A DNA stretch of 40,954 bases from a virus (lineage: Duplodnaviria > Caudoviricetes), in IMG/VR virus record IMGVR_UViG_3300044475_000010, positions 1-40,954 of that record; one strand, written 5' to 3'. Positions 24,796-31,470 of this stretch are shown one piece after another. A program made the position numbers and the translations under genes. Below the pieces are notes generated by a model. The model was not told the DNA's origin. It did not search any database and saw nothing but the letters and a program-made list of their open reading frames with translations. Positions within the stretch are counted from its first letter, which is position 1; each line of letters starts with the position of its first letter.

Positions 24796-25362
24796 TTACA
24801 GAGCGCCTTGCTTGGCGATGACGCGGGAAACTGCCTTGACCAGATCAACGACTGCCGGGCTCTCCAGCTTGCCCAGGCTTTCCAGCTCTTCCCAGACCAG
24901 CACAGCGAAGGCCAGTTGATTGTCCGGGAATTCGCCTTGTTGCTGCTCGTAGATGGACTGACAAGCGGTGTCGATGAGGAACACGGTTTGCTCGGCGCTG
25001 CCCTCGCCCATGGCCTTGGCGATCTTGGCGGACTCCTGCACAGCCAGCTCCACCTCTTCCAGCGTGGTCATGCCCAGGCCGGATTGGATGTGTGCGATGT
25101 CGTGCAGGTAGCGGAATGCCCAGTTCGCTTCCTTGCTGCCATACACGGTCTTGGCGCTGCCGCCTTCCCAGACAGGGAACACGCCTGTACGCTTGGCATT
25201 GACGAACGCCACGGCCAGCTTGTCCATGTTGTCGGGCGCATCCTCTACTGGCACATAGCCGAAGCCCAGCAGCTTTGCAGCCTTGTGGGCCGCATGGATG
25301 TAGTGCAAACCCAGATTGCGGCCAGCGTTGGTGATGATGTTCAGGGTCGATTGCTTGGTCAT
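24796..25362 (-). CDS. Hypothetical early protein with an HDxxH...E metal-binding-like motif
   Basis: FRYLHDIAH...TLEE; AAGGAG RBS. Confidence 0.8.
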   Translation of the reverse strand: MTKQSTLNIITNAGRNLGLHYIHAAHKAAKLLGFGYVPVEDAPDNMDKLAVAFVNAKRTGVFPVWEGGSAKTVYGSKEANWAFRYLHDIAHIQSGLGMTTLEEVELAVQESAKIAKAMGEGSAEQTVFLIDTACQSIYEQQQGEFPDNQLAFAVLVWEELESLGKLESPAVVDLVKAVSRVIAKQGAL

Positions 25363-25374
25363 GATATAGCTCCT

Positions 25375-25575
25375 TTAGTTGGACAGTGTTGCTGCGATGT
25401 GATTGCGGGTGAGGATTGCATCGTTTCGGTCGTCGGTGTAGTACCGCGCCCCGATCTCCTCCTTACCGTCCTTGTACAAACGGACTTGATACTCATTGAA
25501 CTCTACGTCCCGGAAGACGCAAACCTTTGAGGTGCCCACCTCGGTTGTGCATTCGGGCAGCTTACGTGCAGCCAT
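25375..25575 (-). CDS. Hypothetical early protein
   Basis: GGGAG RBS; EFNEYQVRLY...YYTDD..DA motif. Confidence 0.75.
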   Translation of the reverse strand: MAARKLPECTTEVGTSKVCVFRDVEFNEYQVRLYKDGKEEIGARYYTDDRNDAILTRNHIAATLSN

Positions 25576-25605
25576 TGTGGCTCCCTTGTGAGTGGCGTTT
25601 AACGT

Positions 25606-25651
25606 ACAGATTCAGGGCCCCTGAGGTGACCCACAAGGGCCCTTGATATGT
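25606..25651 (-). promoter_or_regulatory. Long imperfect hairpin, probable RNase III processing site
   Basis: ACATATCAAGGGCCCTTGTGG-GTCA-CCTCAGGGGCCCTGAATCTGT with internal mismatches and no U-tract; positioned like T7 R0.3. Confidence 0.6.
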
Positions 25652-25886
25652 GCGCTATTCACTATTCCAGACGGGTTTGCACCATTCGAGCGCCTCTCCG
25701 TCATGCGATCATCAAGGATACCATCCCGGCCCTTGACTTCGCCTCCCAGCATACATTGCGGTACTCTATCCGACGCCCCGCACGGTCGCCGCTTGGTCTC
25801 TACTTAGGGGATACACCCTTGGCTGGTCACCATCCCGGTGCCGCAGCAGTAACCCTTGAGGATTGCCCTTGAGGGCACCTTGAGGA

Positions 25887-26063
25887 TTAGACTACCTTGC
25901 CTCGATGAACAATCACCGCTTCACCGACCGGATACTGCACAGACCAGTCGATGGCATCTGCCATGGTCAGGCTAAAGTGCATGCCCTTCCATTCAGGAGC
26001 CCAGACGATGTAGCCGAAGTAGCGCGACATCAGCATGAGTGCAGCTTTCTTCAGGTTCTTCAT
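25887..26063 (-). CDS. First early gene, 58-aa hypothetical protein
   Basis: Start MKNLKK at 26063, just downstream of a sigma70 promoter. The ORF-track start at 26123 lies inside that promoter. Confidence 0.65.
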   Translation of the reverse strand: MKNLKKAALMLMSRYFGYIVWAPEWKGMHFSLTMADAIDWSVQYPVGEAVIVHRGKVV

Positions 26064-26094
26064 GTCTAGGTCTTTCTTGTTAGTTGGTGCAGCC

Positions 26095-26123
26095 ATTGTA
26101 TCGACTGCGGTTAATCTTGTCAA
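26095..26123 (-). promoter_or_regulatory. Host sigma70 promoter (A3-like)
   Basis: TTGACA-N17-TACAAT. Confidence 0.9.
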
Positions 26124-26175
26124 TCACTTTCTTTACTGCGTATCGGCTGTTTGTTGCGTCAGTCGATGTAGCGCA

Positions 26176-26204
26176 ATGGTACAGGATGTTTCGTACTACG
26201 TCAA
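26176..26204 (-). promoter_or_regulatory. Host sigma70 promoter (A2-like)
   Basis: TTGACG-N17-TACCAT with AT-rich upstream sequence. Confidence 0.8.
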
Positions 26205-26345
26205 TCATTATTTACAGCTTACTGATTCTGCTTACTCCCCGTTCTGCCCTACCTGCTTTACGACCGTATAGCGGTCAGTCTTTCGGGTTACTAGCTGGAG
26301 TCTTTTCTCTCTGCCGTAGAAGAGAGCGCCGAATCAGTGAGACGA

Positions 26346-26374
26346 ACTATAACAGAGCTAAATTCGGAATGCAA
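26346..26374 (-). promoter_or_regulatory. Host sigma70 promoter (A1-like) with extended -10
   Basis: TTGCAT-N17-TATAGT with TGn immediately before the -10 box. Confidence 0.8.
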
Positions 26375-26465
26375 TAGGGTTAGACCAAAAAAGATACAAA
26401 TAATCGACAAACAGATGGCCCCTATATAGAGGGCATCAATCAGGGTACGAATTTGATCTAGGGTA

Positions 26466-26495
26466 TTGACTTTAGGCCCAGTCATGGCCCATTAT
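26466..26495 (+). promoter_or_regulatory. Divergent host promoter (T7 A0-like)
   Basis: TTGACT-N18-CATTAT, pointing away from the early genes. Confidence 0.45.
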
Positions 26496-26499
26496 GGGA

Positions 26500-26935
26500 A
26501 CCCTCAATGAGCCCTACATGATACGGTGTCTAGTGGCCCTAGCAGGGCCCTTAAAGGGCAGGCCAGCAGGGACCAATGAGGGAGCCTAGCAGGGACCAAT
26601 GAGGGCCATACAGATGCACTAACAGATAGCCCCTATAGGTAGCCCCTCAAGGCCCCCAAGGCCCTACCCCTAGTGGTCCCTAGCAGGGTTCCCCTAAGGG
26701 TTTGCCCTTCAGGGCACCTCGAAGGAACCCTACCGGGGCCCTTTAGGGGCCGGGCCACCCTTAATGGACCCCCAGAGGGGGTAACTTGAGGATCGACTTA
26801 CTTGAGGTGACCCCTCAGATTTTTCCCATATGGGACCATTCAGGGTCCCTAGCAGGGCCCTAGCAGGCTGTCAATACCCTTTAAGGCTTCCGTGGTGGGG
26901 AGACCACAGGAGCCCTAGATGGTATTCCCTTAAGG
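26500..26935. repeat. Non-coding repeat-rich genome-end region; likely contains the collapsed direct terminal repeat
   Basis: Several (C)CCTAGCAGG(G) units and a tandem AGCAGGGACCAATGAGGG (26565-26582, 26588-26605); lies between the last late gene and the early promoters. Confidence 0.7.
26621..26628 (-). terminator. Class II (CJ-like) pause/termination signal TATCTGTT
   Basis: Matches the HATCTGTT signal of the T7 concatemer junction. A second copy, CATCTGTT, is at 26410-26417. Confidence 0.6.
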
Positions 26936-26937
26936 GC

Positions 26938-26972
26938 AAACCCCGGATTAGAGTGTCAACGATAATCCGGGG
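26938..26972 (-). terminator. Intrinsic terminator after the gp19.5-like gene
   Basis: CCCCGGATTA...TAATCCGGGG 10-bp stem followed by a short TTT tract. Confidence 0.6.
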
Positions 26973-27004
26973 CGGCCCACAAGGCTGCGGTTTCGACCAG
27001 AGCC

Positions 27005-27175
27005 TTAGCTACAGCCGCCCAGCAGAGTGCAAGCGATAGTGCTGACGGCATCGACAACAGGCACGAGACCAGCAGCACCGAAGGCGGCAACCAGCAGAGC
27101 AACACCGGCCCAAAACTTCTTCGACTTCAGCACGCCCTTGAAGGCAGTGCCCAGTACGGTGAGAGCAGAGAACAT
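27005..27175 (-). CDS. 56-aa membrane peptide (T7 gp19.5-like)
   Basis: Read manually: MFSALTVLGTAFKGVLKSKKFWAGVALLVAAFGAAGLVPVVDAVSTIACTLLGGCS. AAAGGA RBS, downstream of the phiOR-like promoter, with a C-terminal Cys pair as in gp19.5. Confidence 0.8.
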   Translation of the reverse strand: MFSALTVLGTAFKGVLKSKKFWAGVALLVAAFGAAGLVPVVDAVSTIACTLLGGCS

Positions 27176-27335
27176 ATTCACATCCTTTCTTTAGTGGAAC
27201 CTCAATGGTGGATTAGGGAGAGGGTGTGATTATCATCATCACCACCCTCACCTTACAGTACGACAGTGAGAGATCTGGAAGGCCATGCTAGGCCATCCTG
27301 TCCCTACCCTCACAGGAGATAGCAGGCCCTTAAAG

Positions 27336-27344
27336 TTATCCACA
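27336..27344 (+). promoter_or_regulatory. DnaA box (perfect TTATCCACA)
   Basis: Exact match to the R1/R4-type DnaA box. Confidence 0.7.
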
Positions 27345-27386
27345 GGAAGGGGATACCTTTATATACCTTAACGGGAGCCTCCCATC

Positions 27387-27403
27387 TATAGTGGGGGTTA
27401 ATT
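27387..27403 (-). promoter_or_regulatory. Phage RNAP promoter (phiOR-like)
   Basis: AATTAACCCCCACTATA|GATGG between the terminase and the gp19.5-like gene. Confidence 0.9.
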
Positions 27404-27405
27404 GG

Positions 27406-27414
27406 TTATGCACA
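27406..27414 (+). promoter_or_regulatory. DnaA box (TTATGCACA)
   Basis: Fits TTWTNCACA and has the same flanks (g...gg) as the 27336 box. Confidence 0.6.
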
Positions 27415-27500
27415 GGCAATCAGCCGCAAACCCAGGCCAGTAAAGGGCTGCTCAATAAGTAAGCAGGAGCCTCTACCGGCCATTAATCTGGGCCCAAACT

Positions 27501-27509
27501 TGTGGATAA
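27501..27509 (-). promoter_or_regulatory. DnaA box (perfect TTATCCACA, inverted)
   Basis: Plus-strand TGTGGATAA. Confidence 0.7.
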
Positions 27510-27513
27510 GTTA

Positions 27514-29298
27514 CTACCGGTCAATTAAAGTGATGCGCTCGCCGCCCCAGAAGTCATCCTCACCAGCGGTGTCGATGATGATGGTGAGGCCGTCACCCGC
27601 GACGTACCGAGTCTGGCCGACACGGATAGCGTCTTCCATCTGGGCCTCCAGATACTCCTGGGTGGCCTCCTCGCGGTACTTGTCGCTGTCCCGCTCCATG
27701 GACTCTACGAAGAAGGCACAGGCGATGCACAGGGCGTCCAGGCGGTCATCGTGGGCCAGGGAGCCGCGATCACGGGTCAGGCGGGTCATCTGGTGGCAGA
27801 CGGAGTACACGGGGTTGTGTACGCCATCCTGGTCCAGTGCCGTGCGGTAGTCGTTCTCGATGCAGTCCTCGGTGATGACCACCTTATGGGCCCCGAACAG
27901 GGGCTCCAGGGTGTCAGCGATTCGGACTTCCTTCTGGCCCTTGCTCTTCACCTCGGAGATGTTGCAGCGCCACTCACGGGTGATGAAGGGGGTAATCAGC
28001 TTCTGGAACATGCCGTCACCGAAGTTGCCCTCGATGATAACGTCATTGACTTTCCACTTCTTGGCGATCTTGGCGAGGCCCCTCAGGGTCTCATCCTCGT
28101 AGCCGCCACGGAAGCCCCCGACCTCCATCACGAACAGGTAGCCGTTTCCGAAGTACACCACAGCGTATCCGGTCTCGTCCTTGCCGCGCCCTGACGGGTC
28201 GATTGCCAGGACCTTGCCGGTGTAGTTGATGGTGTCCTTGGACATCTCGTAGGGCCGGTAGAAGCCGTCTCCACGCAGGCCCACCATAGGGAGCCCCATG
28301 AGGGCAGTCTCTGCGCCAGGGAGCCATGTGAAGCCCATGGGGGCCTTTGCATCGCCCACGTTGAGGACCAGCAGGTCTCGCAGTCGCAGGGGGAACTTCT
28401 CGGCATCCGACAGGGAGGTGTCCAGCATGAACTGGAGCATGAAGCCCGCCTTGCCGTAGGACAGCTCGCGCTCCTTGAGGTCTTCCTCGTGGAACCGCTT
28501 GGGGTCCGTAGGCTTCCAGGCAAGGCCCTCGGGGTCGGCGTCATATTGGTTCGCCAAGAAGGGTGCCAGCTTGCTGCCGTAGTTCTTGCGCTGCTTCTCG
28601 TCACGGGGGAACCGTGCGGGCCAGATCATGGTGATGTAGCCACGGTTCAGCAGCTCGTTGTACAGGGACATCTCGTTCTGGGGAGTGCCCAGGTAGATGA
28701 CTTGGCCGTCAGGCTTCAGGACCGCATCGAATTCCTTGACCAGCTCGAACAGCTTGTCGCGGGCACCCTGGGTGCTGGAGTTGCCTGGGACCTCCACGTC
28801 ATCGGCAATGATGATGTCGGCACGGGAGCCGGTAATCTGGCCGGTGATACCCACGGACTTCACCGAGGGGGAGGCGTCAGGAACTGCGGGGCCCACGTCA
28901 AAGGCGATCACCGTGTCGAGTTGGCCCTTCCTGGCCTGCAAGTGCTGGAGGAATGGGGTCTCGTCAATGATCTTCTTGATGAAGCGGGCGTTGGCGTCGG
29001 CCCGGACCTTGGAGGCCGAGACGATCATAATCTTCAGTTGCGGGTCCTTCCACAATCGCCAGACAACGTAGGCGCAGGTAATGAAGGACTTGGCAACACC
29101 CCGGAAGCCTTGGATGATGAAGCGGCGGCTAGGCGGGGTTTGGAGGTACTTCGCCATGTCGTTCTGGACAGGCGTGGGCTGGGGCAGGTTGATGACGTGG
29201 AGCCAGACGTACCAGAGGAAGACGCGGAAGTCGTTCTTCATGCGCTTCTCCAGTGTCGCCTGGGCCACGTCCCCTGTCAATTTCTTGATCTCGGACAT
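27514..29298 (-). CDS. Terminase large subunit (T7 gp19-like)
   Basis: Motifs QGFRGVAKS, TGSRADIIIADDVE, YLGTPQ, IDPSGRGKDET and HDDRLDAL. Confidence 0.98.
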   Translation of the reverse strand: MSEIKKLTGDVAQATLEKRMKNDFRVFLWYVWLHVINLPQPTPVQNDMAKYLQTPPSRRFIIQGFRGVAKSFITCAYVVWRLWKDPQLKIMIVSASKVRADANARFIKKIIDETPFLQHLQARKGQLDTVIAFDVGPAVPDASPSVKSVGITGQITGSRADIIIADDVEVPGNSSTQGARDKLFELVKEFDAVLKPDGQVIYLGTPQNEMSLYNELLNRGYITMIWPARFPRDEKQRKNYGSKLAPFLANQYDADPEGLAWKPTDPKRFHEEDLKERELSYGKAGFMLQFMLDTSLSDAEKFPLRLRDLLVLNVGDAKAPMGFTWLPGAETALMGLPMVGLRGDGFYRPYEMSKDTINYTGKVLAIDPSGRGKDETGYAVVYFGNGYLFVMEVGGFRGGYEDETLRGLAKIAKKWKVNDVIIEGNFGDGMFQKLITPFITREWRCNISEVKSKGQKEVRIADTLEPLFGAHKVVITEDCIENDYRTALDQDGVHNPVYSVCHQMTRLTRDRGSLAHDDRLDALCIACAFFVESMERDSDKYREEATQEYLEAQMEDAIRVGQTRYVAGDGLTIIIDTAGEDDFWGGERITLIDR

Positions 29299-29306
29299 GG
29301 CTCTCC

Positions 29307-29603
29307 TTAGTGGCGTGGCATATCAGCTTCGTCATCGAAGGTCGGGAGGTTCGCCAGCAAGCCCGCCAGCTTCTCGCCAGCAGGGTTGTTCTGGCCCTCC
29401 AGGGCCTCCTTCAGGGCCTTCAGGCCGTCCATGTTGATGCCGTTATCGGCCAGGACTGCACGGGCCGCATTGATGACCGATGCGGTGCGCCGGTCGCGGT
29501 CTTTCAGGTCAGCCAGGGTGCCCTTCAGGAGTTCCAGGAAAATCTCTTCGAGGATCTCTTGCAGGGCCGCACTGGTGACCACAGGGGGCTTCTTATCGGC
29601 CAT
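29307..29603 (-). CDS. Terminase small subunit (T7 gp18-like)
   Basis: Start MADKKP with an AGGAG RBS; LADLKD.DRRT...NA motif; lies between holin and TerL. Confidence 0.85.
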   Translation of the reverse strand: MADKKPPVVTSAALQEILEEIFLELLKGTLADLKDRDRRTASVINAARAVLADNGINMDGLKALKEALEGQNNPAGEKLAGLLANLPTFDDEADMPRH

Positions 29604-29607
29604 TGGG

Positions 29608-29799
29608 TTACTCCTTTCGGCGGGCCTTGAGGATTGCCACAAGGCTCGTGGTGAAGGTCGAGATGACCATACAGAAGATGGCGGTCACATAAAACCACTC
29701 CGAGATGGACAGCCCGTAGTATCGGGCCGCCACCTCCCCTGCCACAGCGACAGGGGGAGCGATCTGAATGACGCCATTTGGAACGTCAGCAGAAAACAT
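29608..29799 (-). CDS. Class II holin (T7 gp17.5-like)
   Basis: APPVAVAG...GLSISEWFYVTAI and a basic C-terminus. Confidence 0.9.
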   Translation of the reverse strand: MFSADVPNGVIQIAPPVAVAGEVAARYYGLSISEWFYVTAIFCMVISTFTTSLVAILKARRKE

Positions 29800-29807
29800 A
29801 GGGTCTC

Positions 29808-30365
29808 CTATTCAAAGATTACATCGAAGGTCCCGGAGATAGCCGAGCCGGTGTGCCAGATGCGGACCTTGGTGAGGTTGGCGCAGTTCACGGAGCCCAC
29901 AGTGGTGTAAATAGCAAGGGCACCACCAGCAAGGTACGTATTCCCATCCAGCACCCATCGACTGCCACGCTTGATGAGTCGGATGTCGTGACCGGCCACT
30001 ATGTAGGCGTTGGTGATCCCGTTTGCACTCAGCATGAAAGATCCTCCGTCCCCGGCAAGAGCGGTGGTGCCACTAGACTGTACTGCCCCCAGAACGTTGT
30101 TGTACCCCGTATTGACGGGGGCACCGGAGTTGTAGAGGCTGGCTCGGATCTGACCGCCAGTAGCGTCGGCACTGGAGCAGTTGATGCTCAGGGAGATCTT
30201 GGTAGCCCAGGCCGGTACGTCAAGATCAACCACGCCAGATGCTACAGTCAGGGTTTTGAGTAGCTGGGGAACTACAAAGCGGTCGTCAGCGGTGATGTCC
30301 GCCACCTTGTTCCCATTCTGGGTAATAGCCGTGGTAGTCGGGCTAGGTTCAATTGCGAAGCTCAT
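29808..30365 (-). CDS. Putative tail fibre tip / receptor-binding module 3 (185 aa)
   Basis: Likely start MSFAIEP via a TGATG overlap with a GGAGG RBS; Gly/Ser/Thr beta-rich. The longer ORF-track start overlaps the upstream gene. Confidence 0.7.
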   Translation of the reverse strand: MSFAIEPSPTTTAITQNGNKVADITADDRFVVPQLLKTLTVASGVVDLDVPAWATKISLSINCSSADATGGQIRASLYNSGAPVNTGYNNVLGAVQSSGTTALAGDGGSFMLSANGITNAYIVAGHDIRLIKRGSRWVLDGNTYLAGGALAIYTTVGSVNCANLTKVRIWHTGSAISGTFDVIFE

Positions 30366-30955
30366 CAAGCCTCCTTCACGATAGAGAGACGGGCCGCCAC
30401 CATGGTGGCCGAGATGGATGTAACGCCCAGGCCCTGAGCAACGGCAGTCTCGCAGTATTGCACGAGGGACATGGTGACAGTCTTTTCGAGGGTGATGTAC
30501 CCGTCGATGTGGCACGTACCCTGAACATTGAGACCAGCCTGCACGTAGGCGTTCTGCCCGATCAGGATGTCAGCACCAGTGTCCACGCGCCGCACGGCCA
30601 GGACGAATCGACCGCAGGAGAATCCTTGGGCCCACCCAGATACACGGTAGGTTCCAGCAGGGAGCGTGAACTGAGTCAAGCCGTTTGTGCTAGCACCGGA
30701 GATGGTGTTCTTGTAGGTAGTCGAGAGGACTCGCGCCTGCCAAGCCGCCGCAGACGAACCTGGGCCAGTACCAGATCCGTACACCTCCCCCAACTCCAGG
30801 CGTGGTGCCTGAAAGCCGTCAGCAGTGACGGTGCCCATCAAGGCCGTGGGGGAGTCAGCCGGTCCGCGCCATACTTCCAGGCCGCTGGCACCCTTTTTGA
30901 TTGTGTACTTCTGCCCGGACAAGCCGACCTCGAAGTTATCGGTAGCCACTGTCAT
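30365..30955 (-). CDS. Putative tail fibre tip module 2 (C1q/TNF-like beta-sandwich)
   Basis: NTISGAS...FTLPAGTYRVSG motif, paralogous to the upstream gene. Confidence 0.75.
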   Translation of the reverse strand: MTVATDNFEVGLSGQKYTIKKGASGLEVWRGPADSPTALMGTVTADGFQAPRLELGEVYGSGTGPGSSAAAWQARVLSTTYKNTISGASTNGLTQFTLPAGTYRVSGWAQGFSCGRFVLAVRRVDTGADILIGQNAYVQAGLNVQGTCHIDGYITLEKTVTMSLVQYCETAVAQGLGVTSISATMVAARLSIVKEA

Positions 30956-31470
30956 TATGCAATCCTTTCAATGGAAATCTCAGCGTACACGCTGGTGGTG
31001 CCGGACGCCACGGCATTGCCAAGACCGTCCACTCGGGCCGTCTGGGTGTACGTGTTGATGTACATGACGGTTGTGGTGGTCAAGGTGAACGTGCCCTCGA
31101 ACAGGCTGACTGCGGAGCAGGTTGCAGCAGTGGCGTCACTATACGAGCCCGTGCCGTGGATGAGGATGGTGTTGGTGGAAGGGACCAGCAGGTACGTCAC
31201 CGACTGATTGGATGCGTATGTAACCCCGAACCCACGAGCCCAATACTTGCCGGGCGGTAGTGTGATGTTGCCGTTTGCGATGTCAACGGACGCGCCAGCG
31301 ATGGAGTTCTCCACCACCGTATTGAGTGGGCGGCGGATGTTTGCGTTGTTGGCGCTCGCGCCACCACCGTTGCTCTGCTGGCGGGCGATCAACAGCGACG
31401 ATCCGTTGGCGGACCGCTGGACGCTACCGTCAGCGAACGTAATCTTGTCGGTATCAACGATTGTTGTCAT
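30955..31470 (-). CDS. Putative tail fibre tip module 1 (C1q/TNF-like beta-sandwich)
   Basis: N-terminal ITFADGSVQ motif typical of fibres; NSIAGAS...ITLPPGKY. Confidence 0.75.
   Translation of the reverse strand: MTTIVDTDKITFADGSVQRSANGSSLLIARQQSNGGGASANNANIRRPLNTVVENSIAGASVDIANGNITLPPGKYWARGFGVTYASNQSVTYLLVPSTNTILIHGTGSYSDATAATCSAVSLFEGTFTLTTTTVMYINTYTQTARVDGLGNAVASGTTSVYAEISIERIA

Noticed and set aside
25655-25730. tRNA gene
   Set aside because: Only a T-loop-like stretch is present; I could not build a cloverleaf or find a CCA end. It is kept only as part of the ncRNA candidate.
26530-26870. CRISPR-like array
   Set aside because: The repeats are short, degenerate and irregularly spaced, with no constant-length unique spacers and no cas genes.
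26846-26874. Additional minus-strand sigma70 promoter at TTGACA (26869-26874)
   Set aside because: The -10 position reads TAGGGA, which is too poor a match.
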